A program made the translations under genes and the position numbers. DNA of 64,000 bases, taken from contig JADJWR010000002.1 of assembly GCA_016716275.1 (NCBI GenBank), positions 525,662 through 589,661 of the forward strand. Direction: 5' to 3'. A model generated the notes under the pieces. That model was not told where the DNA came from, ran no database searches, and saw only the letters and a program-made list of their open reading frames with translations. Source of the DNA: Burkholderiales bacterium (lineage in GTDB: Bacteria; Pseudomonadota; Gammaproteobacteria; Burkholderiales; Burkholderiaceae_F). Below are positions 51,879 through 60,887 of this stretch, in pieces. How positions within the stretch are numbered: position 1 is the stretch's first letter; the number at the start of each line of letters is the position of its first letter.

Positions 51879-52955
51879 TCAGGTTGTTGGTCGCGCGCTT
51901 GCGCGCGCGATGGAAGCGTGTTGTGCCGGCTGAACGCCGGCGGGCGCTGGTGACGGCGACGACGGCTCGCTTCGCCGCGCACGCAGTCTAGTGGCGGCGT
52001 CGGCGCCCGGCTGCTCGGTGCCCGCCAGGTCGCGGATCTGCGCGACCAGCTGTTCCGCCAGCGGGCTGGGCGCATGCGAGCGCAGCGATACGGCAGCGAC
52101 CATCGTGGTCGGCGCTGGCAGCTCGAACGGCAGGCGCACGAGCAACGACTTGCCCGGTGCGAACTCGACCTGCGAGCGCATGCCGAAGGACAGCATGCCG
52201 GCGTGCAGCACCATGCCGAACTGGATGTTGATCGAGAACGACTCGATCATGTGCGTCGGCATCGGCAGGCCGGCCCGGTCGAGGGTGCGCAGCACGTGCT
52301 CGTAGAAGTAGCAGTCGGCCGGCGGCATCACCCAGCGTTCGCGCAGCAATTGCGGCCAGGTCGGCCGCTTGTGCGCGGCCAGCGGGTGCTCCCTGGCGGC
52401 GATCACGCACAGCTTTTCGTCGAACAGCCGCTCCACCCGCATGTCCTCGGCGGGAGAGACCAGCGCCAGCCGTAGGATCGCCACCTCGATGTCGCGCTTG
52501 TGCAGGCGGTCGAGCAGTTCCGCCTCGCGTCCCTCGAACACGGAGACGAAGATGTCCGGACTGGTTTCCCTCATGCGCCTGATGGCGACGGGCAGGAACG
52601 GGATCGCCGGCATCGGCAGGATGCCGACGCGCAGGGTGCCCCGCTTGCCGCCGGAGACCAGCGCCAGCTCCTGCGCGGCGCGACGCAGTTCCTCGAAGAC
52701 GGCCACGGCGCGCGGCGCGAAGCTCAGGCCATGCGCGGTCGGCACCACGCCGTCGCTGGCGCGATCGAACAGTGCGACCTCCAGCATCTCCTCGAGGCCG
52801 GCGATGGCCTTGGTGACCGCGGGCTGCGTCAGGTGCAGCACCGCGGCCGCCTTGCGGAAGCTGCGATGCTCGAGCACCGCGACGAAGACGCGCAGTTCGC
52901 TCATCTTCAGGCGGCGTGGCAGTCGGCGGATCAGCGTGTCGGTCGGCGATTCCAT
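51879..52955 (-). CDS. LysR-family transcriptional regulator (with a Pro/Ala/Ser-rich C-terminal extension of about 45 aa)
   Basis: HTH LRVFVAVLEHRSFRKAAAVLHLTQPAVTKAIAGLEEML followed by a LysR substrate-binding fold. ATG at complement of 52953-52955. Confidence 0.85.
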   Translation of the reverse strand: MESPTDTLIRRLPRRLKMSELRVFVAVLEHRSFRKAAAVLHLTQPAVTKAIAGLEEMLEVALFDRASDGVVPTAHGLSFAPRAVAVFEELRRAAQELALVSGGKRGTLRVGILPMPAIPFLPVAIRRMRETSPDIFVSVFEGREAELLDRLHKRDIEVAILRLALVSPAEDMRVERLFDEKLCVIAAREHPLAAHKRPTWPQLLRERWVMPPADCYFYEHVLRTLDRAGLPMPTHMIESFSINIQFGMVLHAGMLSFGMRSQVEFAPGKSLLVRLPFELPAPTTMVAAVSLRSHAPSPLAEQLVAQIRDLAGTEQPGADAATRLRARRSEPSSPSPAPAGVQPAQHASIARASARPTT

Positions 52956-53134
52956 GGCGTGCTGTCTCGTGTCCTTCGAATTACGGCTGGTCGCGGACTT
53001 CTGATAGCACGGCGCGGTGGCGCACTTTGCGCAGAATGGCACAATTTCCCAGGGCGTGTTCAGGCTGAAGCCAAAAGCGCGCATCTGGCGTGAACAAGCC
53101 CCGGACACCCAGGCACTTGCCGCGATGAGGCAGC

Positions 53135-53845
53135 ATGGCCGGCAACCATGACCCGAACGTTCAGGCCGGCTTGCCGATCCGCGGCTGGCTGGCTGCCTCC
53201 AGTGCGCAGTTCCGGCGTGAATTCCTCGCGCTGGCCCGCCCGAGGTCGTTTGCCTGCGGCAGCGTGATCTACCGGGCGGGCGATGTCGGGCGCGACCTGT
53301 TCGGCATCTGCTCGGGCGTGGTCCTCGTCGAGTGCAGGTTCACCCATCCGGATGCGGTGCTGCTGCACATGCTGCGGCCCGGAGAGTGGTTTGGCACCCT
53401 GGATTGACTGGCCGAGCGAAGTCGTCGCTTCTTCTCCACGGTCGCGCGAACCGACGTCGAAGTGCTGCGTGTACCCGGCGACGAGATGCAGGCGCTGCTT
53501 CGGCGTCGCCCGGAGGGGGCTGTCGATCTCGGGCGGAACGCGATCTGGGGGATGGACCTGGCGATGCAGTGCGCCGCCGACCTCCTGATACGCGACGCCT
53601 CGGCGCGCTGCGCGGCCAGCCTGCTGCGCCTTGCCAGCCGTCGCTGGGCGACGGGCCCGGAAGCAGACCTGCCGGCCGAAATCCCGGCTTCGCAGACCGA
53701 GCTGGCGATGCTCTGCAATGTCTCGAGGAACACGTTCAGCCGCGTCGTCAGGGACTTCGCGAGCCGTCGGCTCGTGACCCTCGGCTACAGATCGCTGACC
53801 GTGATCGATCCGGTGCGACTGCGTGCCGTCGCGGAGGCCGGCTGA
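53135..53845 (+). pseudogene. Crp/Fnr-family transcriptional regulator interrupted by an in-frame TGA (53405-53407)
   Basis: The cNMP-binding-like N-domain (track ORF 53135-53407, ...LRPGEWFGTLD*) continues in the same frame (LAERSRRFFSTVARTDVEVLRVPGDEMQ...). It runs on to the HTH (SQTELAMLCNVSRNTFSRVVRDFASRRLV) and ends at 53845. Confidence 0.75.
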
Positions 53846-53891
53846 GCGCAAGCCGCCGGACGTTCCGGACGGCCGCGACTGCAGGCGGCGA

Positions 53892-54566
53892 TCAGTTCCG
53901 GCTGGAAGCCAGTCCGACCAGGCGGGCGATGACGATGGCCGGAAACAGGACGCCCAGCGTGGACAGGAACGTGGCCAGCATCCTGGCGGGCGTGCTCACG
54001 GCAAAGATGTCTCCGTAGCCCACGGTGGTCAGTGAAGCGAGGCTGAAGTAGATGAAGTGAACATAGTCGTCGTCCTTGCCGCTCAGCACGACATTGCCGC
54101 CCAGGGAAACGCCGGTAGCGGCATGGATCACTTCGAGGCTCAGCGCCCCCATCAGCGCCAGCAGCAGGTAGACATTGACCGCTCCGACGATCCGGTAGGC
54201 GTTGACGATCTCGTCGCGAAACAGCAGCCGGAGGTTGATGAAGATGAATACCAGCGCGTTGGCGATGCCGATCATGTTCTCCAGCACAAAGAATGAGTAG
54301 GGGTTCTCTCCGAAGCGAATGAGTCGCAGCGCCAGGTGGATGCTGAACAGGATTGCCGAGACGGACATCAGCCCGACGCTGCGCGTCGAGAATATTCCCG
54401 AGAAGAACACGCTGAGCAGAAGGATGTTGAACAGCAGTACGCCGCGACCGCTGATTTCCATGATCACCGGCAGCACGAATACCGCGGCGATGAGCATGAT
54501 CAGCAAGGTGACGAAGCTGGCATCCGCCAGCCAGTAGGACTGGAAGGTTCTGATCAGCTTTCGCAT
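53892..54566 (-). CDS. Six-TM potassium channel (TVGYGD selectivity filter), no cytoplasmic regulatory domain
   Basis: 224 aa, six hydrophobic segments, pore signature FSLASLTTVGYGDIF. G+C is visibly lower than in the flanks. Confidence 0.85.
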   Translation of the reverse strand: MRKLIRTFQSYWLADASFVTLLIMLIAAVFVLPVIMEISGRGVLLFNILLLSVFFSGIFSTRSVGLMSVSAILFSIHLALRLIRFGENPYSFFVLENMIGIANALVFIFINLRLLFRDEIVNAYRIVGAVNVYLLLALMGALSLEVIHAATGVSLGGNVVLSGKDDDYVHFIYFSLASLTTVGYGDIFAVSTPARMLATFLSTLGVLFPAIVIARLVGLASSRN

Positions 54567-55011
54567 GGCGTCTTGGCGTTGAAGTCTTCAGAAAGGTCTT
54601 CGGAAAGCGCGCCGCCCGGGCGCATTCCAGGGCTGTCGCACCAAACCCCCTTGTTGCCCCCGTCTTGCGGGCAGGCGGCTCGTCGAGCCCTTGCCCCGGC
54701 GCGAGTGCCCGCACGCGAATGATCCGGGCGTCGGCGCGATGCCAAGTTATCACCCGATGAAATTTTTTCGTGGGGTGGGGCATCGACGCGCCGGCCTCGC
54801 TGATACATTGCTTCGCCGCGTGTGCGGGCGCAGCACGGGTGCGTGTGTCCCCGGCGTTCAAGTCTGCGCCATGGCCGAGGCTGCGCGGCCCGGCTATGAG
54901 AAGTCCGGTCATCGGGGCGCCGGCCGGAAGCACCTGGGCGAGCGTCGCCGGCAGGCGGCCCGCAGGCACGGCCGGGCGGTATCGCCGTGAACAGCAAATG
55001 GAGAGATCGAT

Positions 55012-56139
55012 ATGAAGAAGCGCCTGGTCGCCCTGGCAGTGCTGGCTGCGGTCTCCGGCGCAGCACTGGCGCAGTCGAGCGTCACCGTCTACGGCATCCT
55101 CGACCTGGGCTATCAGTGGAACGAGGTGCCGGCCGACGTCGGCACGACCGCGGCCCCGCGCATCGAGCAGGAAAGCTACAGCGCGATCAACGGCAGTCAC
55201 GTCTACGGCAACCGCTGGGGCCTGCGCGGCTCGGAAGACCTGGGTGGCGGGTGGCGAGCGATCTTCACGCTGGAAAGCGGCTTCAACGTCGACACCGGCA
55301 CCGCCGGCCAGGGTGGCCGCCTGTTCGGACGCCAGGCGTTCGTCGGGGTCGACGGCGGCCTCGGCACCCTGGTCGCCGGCCGCCTGGCGACGTTCAGCTC
55401 GGGCACCGGTTCGTTCGACATGTTCAGCCACGTCGATCCCTTCGTGACCGGCTTCGGCCTGGCTGGCCTCGCCAACACCTTCATCTCGGCCAACGCGCTG
55501 CGCGTCGACAACGCCATCGCGTACCGGTCGCCGAAGTTCGCCGGTTTCCAGGGCGGCATCGGCTACTCGGCGAACTTCAGCGGCGCCGAGCAGGCGCCGA
55601 GCGGCGAGAACACCACGGCCTTCATCAGCGGCCTGACGTGGGAAACGGGCCCGTTCTATGCCGTCGTCACCTACGATGCGATCGATCCGGCGGACAGCTC
55701 GAACCGTCCCAGCCAGAAGCACCTGCAGATCGGCGGCACCTTCGACATCAGCGCCTTCCGCCTGCATGCCGCCTACGCCGACCAGAGCAACATCGGCTCG
55801 GTCGCGTTCCAGCCCGGGCTCGGCTCGGGCAGCTTCGTGCCGCTGCCGGCGGGCGTCCCCTACTACGACTCCGCCTCCTACATGCTCGGCGCGACGTGGA
55901 CGATCGGCGAGTTCGCGGTCCTCGCCTCCTACCAGTGGGCCGATGCCGACGCCCAGCCGACCGCCGCCGGCGCCAACTTCGAGCCTGACTACAACATCTG
56001 GGGCATCGGTGGCACCTGGAACCTGTCGCGGCGCACCATGCTGTACACCAGCTACGCCTCGCGTGACGCCGACGGCACCCTGCTGGGCGACGCCTTCAAC
56101 GCCAAGCAGTTCGCCGTCGGCATGGTCCATCGCTTCTGA
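55012..56139 (+). CDS. Outer-membrane general porin (Gram-negative porin family)
   Basis: MKKRLVALAVLAAVSGAALAQSSVTVYGILDLGY..., alternating beta-strand pattern, and C-terminal FAVGMVHRF. GGAGAG lies upstream. Confidence 0.9.
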   Translation: MKKRLVALAVLAAVSGAALAQSSVTVYGILDLGYQWNEVPADVGTTAAPRIEQESYSAINGSHVYGNRWGLRGSEDLGGGWRAIFTLESGFNVDTGTAGQGGRLFGRQAFVGVDGGLGTLVAGRLATFSSGTGSFDMFSHVDPFVTGFGLAGLANTFISANALRVDNAIAYRSPKFAGFQGGIGYSANFSGAEQAPSGENTTAFISGLTWETGPFYAVVTYDAIDPADSSNRPSQKHLQIGGTFDISAFRLHAAYADQSNIGSVAFQPGLGSGSFVPLPAGVPYYDSASYMLGATWTIGEFAVLASYQWADADAQPTAAGANFEPDYNIWGIGGTWNLSRRTMLYTSYASRDADGTLLGDAFNAKQFAVGMVHRF

Positions 56140-56237
56140 CCGCGGGCGCGATCCGCTTCGATGAGATTCCAGGGCCGCCCTGCCCGTTGGCGGGCCGGAT
56201 AACAAGGGTCTCGATGACCCGACAGGAAGGAGCTGCA

Positions 56238-57659
56238 ATGGCTGGCGAGCAGAAGATGACGCGGATGGCCCTGACCGCGATGGTGGTGGGAGGGATGGTC
56301 GGTGCGGGCATCTTCTCGTTGCCTCGAACGTTCGCCAACGCCACGGGCCCGCTGGGTGCGGTCATCGCGTGGATGATCGCCGGCACCGGCATGTACATGC
56401 TGGCGCGCGTGTTCCAGGCGCTGGCCGAGCGCAAGCCCAAGCTCGACGCAGGTGTCTTCGCCTACGCCAAGGCCGGCTTCGGCGACTACCCCGGCCACCT
56501 GTCGGCCTTCGGCTACTGGATCGGCAGCTGCATCGGCAACGTCTCGTACTGGGTGCTGATCAAGTCGACGCTGGGCGCGTTCTTCCCGATCTTCGGCGAC
56601 GGCAACACGGTGGCGGCCATCATCGTCGCGTCGATCGGCATCTGGCTGTTCCACTTCCTGATCCTGCGCGGCGTGCAGCAGGCGGCGTTCATCAACAGCA
56701 TCGTCACGGTGGCCAAGATCATCCCGATCCTGCTGTTCATCGTGATCCTGTTCTTCGCCTTCAAGCTGGACCTGTTCAGCGCCAACCTGTATGGCGGCGA
56801 CCTGACCGGTGGCCTGTTCGAGCAGGTCAAGGCGACGATGCTGGTGACGGTGTTCGTATTCATCGGCATCGAGGGCGCCAGCGTCTACTCGCGCTACGCC
56901 AAGGAGCGCAAGGACGTGGGCTGGGCGACGATCGTCGGCTTCATCGGCGTCACCGGGCTGATGGTGCTGGTGACGCTGCTGCCGTACGCGGTGATGCAGC
57001 GCGCCGACATCGCCGGGCTGCGCCAGCCGTCGATGGCCGGCGTGCTGGAGTCGGTGGTCGGGCCGTGGGGCTCGGTGTTCGTCAGCGTCGGCCTGCTGGT
57101 GTCGGTGCTGGGCGCTTACCTGGCCTGGGCGCTGATCTGCGCCGAGGTGATGTTCGCCGCCGGCAAGTCGAAGGACATGCCGCAGGCCTTCGCCAAGACC
57201 AACGCCAACGGCGTGCCGGTGACGGCCATGTGGTGGACGAGCATCATCATCCAGGTCATCGTCGTCACCACCTACTGGTCGCGCGACGCCTTCACGCTGA
57301 TGCTCAACCTGACCAGCGCGACCACGCTGATCCCGTACTTTCTGGTTGCCGCCTACGGGCTGATGATCGCCCGGCGCGGCGAGACCTACGAGCTGCGCCC
57401 CGAGGAGCGGCAGCGTGACCTGGTGCTCGCCGGCATCGCGGTGCTGTACACGGTGTTCATGCTCTATGCCGGCGGCCTGCGCTACATCCTGCTGGCGGCG
57501 ATCCTGTTCGCCCCGGGCACGGTCCTGTACACCATCGCCCGGCGCGAGCAGGGCAAGCCGGTTTTCGACAAGACCAGCGACTGGGTGATCTTCGGCGTGA
57601 TCGTGGCCGCGGCGCTGTATGGGGTCTACGGCCTGTTCAGCGGTGCGATCGCCCTCTGA
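56238..57659 (+). CDS. arcD: Arginine/ornithine antiporter (APC superfamily, ArcD-like)
   Basis: GGAAGGAG lies upstream of the ATG. MTRMALTAMVVGGMVGAGIFSLPRTFA...AYAKAGFGDYPGH is typical of ArcD/basic amino acid antiporters. It lies immediately upstream of arcA. Confidence 0.8.
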   Translation: MAGEQKMTRMALTAMVVGGMVGAGIFSLPRTFANATGPLGAVIAWMIAGTGMYMLARVFQALAERKPKLDAGVFAYAKAGFGDYPGHLSAFGYWIGSCIGNVSYWVLIKSTLGAFFPIFGDGNTVAAIIVASIGIWLFHFLILRGVQQAAFINSIVTVAKIIPILLFIVILFFAFKLDLFSANLYGGDLTGGLFEQVKATMLVTVFVFIGIEGASVYSRYAKERKDVGWATIVGFIGVTGLMVLVTLLPYAVMQRADIAGLRQPSMAGVLESVVGPWGSVFVSVGLLVSVLGAYLAWALICAEVMFAAGKSKDMPQAFAKTNANGVPVTAMWWTSIIIQVIVVTTYWSRDAFTLMLNLTSATTLIPYFLVAAYGLMIARRGETYELRPEERQRDLVLAGIAVLYTVFMLYAGGLRYILLAAILFAPGTVLYTIARREQGKPVFDKTSDWVIFGVIVAAALYGVYGLFSGAIAL

Positions 57660-57701
57660 CAGCGTTTAGCAGCCACAACCCGTTCATTTCAGGAGGCAAG
57701 C

Positions 57702-59003
57702 ATGGCAGCAGGCAAGGCGAAGGCAGGCGGCAAGACCGCGACGAAGGGCAAGGCCGCGAAGGACGAGCCGAAATTCGGCGTGCACTCCGAAGTCGGCCAG
57801 CTGCGCAAGGTGATGGTCTGCGCGCCGGGCCGCGCCCATGCACGGCTGACGCCCAGCAACTGCGACCAGCTGCTGTTCGACGATGTGCTCTGGGTCGAGA
57901 ACGCCAAGCGCGACCACTTCGACTTCATGATGAAGATGCGCGACCGCGGCATCGAGGTCGTCGAGATGCACAACCTGCTCGCCGAGACGGTGGCCACACC
58001 CGAGGGCAAGAAGTGGATCCTCGACAACCAGGTGGTGCCCAACCAGGTGGGTCTGGGCTTCATCGACGAGCTGCGCAGTTACCTCGAAGGCCTGAGCGAC
58101 CGCGATCTGGCCGAAACGCTGATCGGCGGGCTGTCGACCATCGACTTCCCCGAGAAGGCGGGCGGCAAGGCGCTGAAGGTCGTCAAACAGGCGGCAGGCG
58201 CCACCGAATACCTGCTGCCACCGCTGCCGAACACGCTGTACACGCGCGACACCACCTGCTGGATCTATGGCGGCGTCACCTTGAACCCGCTGTACTGGCC
58301 GGCGCGGCACGAGGAGACCATCCTCACCACGGCGATCTACAAGTTCCACCCCGACTTCGCCGGCAAGGTCAACGTCTGGTGGGGCGACCCGACGCAGGAC
58401 CACGGCCTGGCCACCCTCGAAGGCGGCGACGTGATGCCGATCGGCAAGGGCAACGTGCTGATCGGCATGAGCGAGCGCACCTCGCGCCAGGCGATCAGCC
58501 AGCTGGCGGCGGCGCTGTTCAAGAAGGGCGCGGCCGAGCGCGTGATCGTCGCGGCGATGCCGAAGATCCGCGCCGCGATGCACCTGGACACGGTGTTCAC
58601 CTTCGCCGACCGCGACTGCGTGCTGGTGGCACCCGACTTCATGGCCAAGACCACCACCTTCTCGTACCGGCCCAGCAAGCATCCGAGCGGCGTCGAGCTG
58701 CATGCCGAGAACAAGCCCTTCGTCGACGTGGTGGCGCAGGCGCTGGGCTTCAAGAAGCTGCGCGTGGTCGAAGCCGGCGGCAGCGACTACCAGCGCGAGC
58801 GCACGCAGTGGGACAGCGGCGCCAACCTGGTCTGCGCGTCGCCCGGCGTGGTATATGCGTACGACCGCAACACCTACACCAACACGCTGCTGCGCAAGGC
58901 CGGCATCGAGGTGATCACCATCGTCGGCGCCGAGCTCGGCCGCGGCCGCGGCGGCGGCCACTGCATGACCTGCCCGATCGTCCGCGATCCGGTGGACTTC
59001 TAG
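57702..59003 (+). CDS. arcA: Arginine deiminase
   Basis: AGGAGG lies upstream. [29 protein letters not shown], and C-terminal [16 protein letters not shown] with the catalytic Cys context. There is a Lys/Ala-rich N-terminal extension of 24 aa. Confidence 0.92.
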   Translation: MAAGKAKAGGKTATKGKAAKDEPKFGVHSEVGQLRKVMVCAPGRAHARLTPSNCDQLLFDDVLWVENAKRDHFDFMMKMRDRGIEVVEMHNLLAETVATPEGKKWILDNQVVPNQVGLGFIDELRSYLEGLSDRDLAETLIGGLSTIDFPEKAGGKALKVVKQAAGATEYLLPPLPNTLYTRDTTCWIYGGVTLNPLYWPARHEETILTTAIYKFHPDFAGKVNVWWGDPTQDHGLATLEGGDVMPIGKGNVLIGMSERTSRQAISQLAAALFKKGAAERVIVAAMPKIRAAMHLDTVFTFADRDCVLVAPDFMAKTTTFSYRPSKHPSGVELHAENKPFVDVVAQALGFKKLRVVEAGGSDYQRERTQWDSGANLVCASPGVVYAYDRNTYTNTLLRKAGIEVITIVGAELGRGRGGGHCMTCPIVRDPVDF

Positions 59004-59213
59004 CGAGCGGATCGAAGCCGCCCTTCGCGCCCGCGGCGGCTCGGTCGGCGCGTTGCACGGAAGCCCGGCGCCGCGGGCGCCGCAGCGTTGGTTGCGGCGC
59101 AGCGTCGGCGGTGCCGGTGCCGGCTTCGCAGGCTGGAGGCGCTCCGGCGGGCCCCTGGCAGGAATCCCCGCGGAGGCTGCACGCCTTAACAGCCGACAGG
59201 TAAATTTTCATCG

Positions 59214-60803
59214 ATGGATGCGAACGACAGCAACGCCGGAGGCGACGCACCCAAGCGCCGGTTCAGGTTCCCGGGCGCCGTCACCACGCTGGCGGTCGTC
59301 ACCTTGCTGGTCTGGCTGGCGACCCTTTTCATACCGTCCGGCCGCTTCCAGAGCGACAGCGACGGTTCGCCGATCCCCGGCACCTTCAGCCAGACCGCCT
59401 CGCCGCTGACCTTCAGCGAGACGGTCGAGCAGCTGGTGCTGGCGCCGATCAACGGCATCTACGGTCTGCGCAACCCGGACAGCGAGGCGGTCGACACGAC
59501 GATCGTCGGCCGCATCTTCGGCCAGATCGGCGTGATCGTCTTCATCATGTCGATCGGTGCCTTCATCTCGGTGAGCTTCGCCACCCGCGCGCTCGAGGTC
59601 GCGGTCGCTGCGCTGGCGCACCGGCTGCGCGACAAGGGCTGGCTGCTGATCGCGGCGGTGATGGTGCTGTTCTCGGCTCTGGGTTCGACCATGGGCTTCT
59701 CGGTCGAGACCCTTGGCTTCTACGCGCTGTTCATCCCGCTGATGGCGGCGCTCGGCTACGACCGGCTGGTCACCGCCTCGATGATCATCCTCGGCGCCCT
59801 GGCCGGCGTCATGGCCGCGACCGTGAACCCGTTTTCGATCGGCGTCGCCGCGGGCGAGGCCGGCGTGTCGATCGGCGATGGGATCGTGCTGCGCGTGTTG
59901 CTGTGGGTCTTGCTGACCGCGATGTCGATCGGCTGGGTCCTGCGCTATGCCGCCCGGGTCCGCAAGGACCCGGGCGCCTCGCTGGTCGGCTGGGAAGAGC
60001 CGGAGGCGAAGGAAGCAGCGGCCGATCCGTCGGGCGCCGGCGGCCAGGCGCCGGCCGCGTCGCCGACGCAGGCACGGCTCACCGGAACCCAGAAGTGGGT
60101 GCTGGTGATCACCGCCCTGGCTTTCGGGCTGATGATCTTCTCGGTGATTCCCTGGTCCAGCCTGGTCAGCGGCCGCGCCGGGCCGGCCGACTATGAAGTG
60201 ACGCACGCCGTCGAGGGCGTGGCGCCGCTGTGGTTCGAGCTGAACTGGTGGTTCCCGCAACTGGCCATGCTGTTCATCCTGGCCTCGGTGCTGGTCGGCG
60301 TCGTGGCGCGCATGGGCGAGAAGGAGACCGTGCGGCTGATCGCCGCCGGCGCCTCGGACATGATGGGGCCGGCGATGGTGGTGCTGCTGGCCGGCGGCGT
60401 CTCCGCGATCATGACCAACACGCAGACGCTCGACACCATCCTGTTCTCGATGGAGCGCGTGGTCAGCGATGCGTCGGCGGCCTTCTTCACGTTCCTGACG
60501 GTGGCGGTGAACATCCCGCTGGCCGTGCTGATCCCGTCGAGCTCGGGACATGGCGCGCTGGCGATGCCGTTGCTGGCGCCGCTGGCCGACTTCGCGCAGG
60601 TCAGCCGGGCGACGACGATCACCGCCTGGATCATCGGCCATGGCCTCGCGCTGCTCGTCGCGCCGACCAGTGTCGTGCTGGTCGGCGGCCTGGCGATCGC
60701 CAAGGTCGGCTACGACCGGTACCTGCGCTTCGTCTGGCCGCTGTGGCTGGCAATGCTGGTCGTCTCGACGGTGATCCTCGGCATCGCGGCATCGGTCTCC
60801 TGA
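59214..60803 (+). CDS. YfcC/DcuC-fold membrane transporter (candidate ArcE-type basic amino acid exchanger)
   Basis: 529-aa polytopic ORF. FRFPGAVTTLAVVTLLVWLATLFIPSG, ...VNIPLAVLIPSSSGHGALAMPLLAPLADF is a pattern typical of the YfcC family. Confidence 0.8.
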   Translation: MDANDSNAGGDAPKRRFRFPGAVTTLAVVTLLVWLATLFIPSGRFQSDSDGSPIPGTFSQTASPLTFSETVEQLVLAPINGIYGLRNPDSEAVDTTIVGRIFGQIGVIVFIMSIGAFISVSFATRALEVAVAALAHRLRDKGWLLIAAVMVLFSALGSTMGFSVETLGFYALFIPLMAALGYDRLVTASMIILGALAGVMAATVNPFSIGVAAGEAGVSIGDGIVLRVLLWVLLTAMSIGWVLRYAARVRKDPGASLVGWEEPEAKEAAADPSGAGGQAPAASPTQARLTGTQKWVLVITALAFGLMIFSVIPWSSLVSGRAGPADYEVTHAVEGVAPLWFELNWWFPQLAMLFILASVLVGVVARMGEKETVRLIAAGASDMMGPAMVVLLAGGVSAIMTNTQTLDTILFSMERVVSDASAAFFTFLTVAVNIPLAVLIPSSSGHGALAMPLLAPLADFAQVSRATTITAWIIGHGLALLVAPTSVVLVGGLAIAKVGYDRYLRFVWPLWLAMLVVSTVILGIAASVS

Positions 60804-60887
60804 AGGTGCCGATGCGGCTCGCCGGGGCCCAATTAAACTGCCTTGCAACAATTCCCCGATATGCCCGATCTGCCAGGAGTACCCCCC

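Noticed and set aside
51879-52020. The C-terminal extension of the LysR protein, about 45 residues long, as evidence of another frameshift.
   Set aside because: The substrate-binding domain appears complete before the extension, and no alternative frame gives a better continuation. It is probably just a late stop in G+C-rich DNA.
53405-53407. In-frame TGA in the Crp-family gene as a possible selenocysteine or programmed read-through codon.
   Set aside because: Crp-family regulators are not known selenoproteins. The position is in a beta-roll, not a redox site. I see no convincing SECIS-like hairpin immediately downstream. A nonsense mutation or base-call error is simpler.
53846-55011. The low-G+C K+ channel region as a discrete mobile element or genomic islet.
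   Set aside because: I found no integrase, transposase, flanking tRNA or terminal inverted or direct repeats. Only the compositional anomaly remains, and that is reported as a finding.
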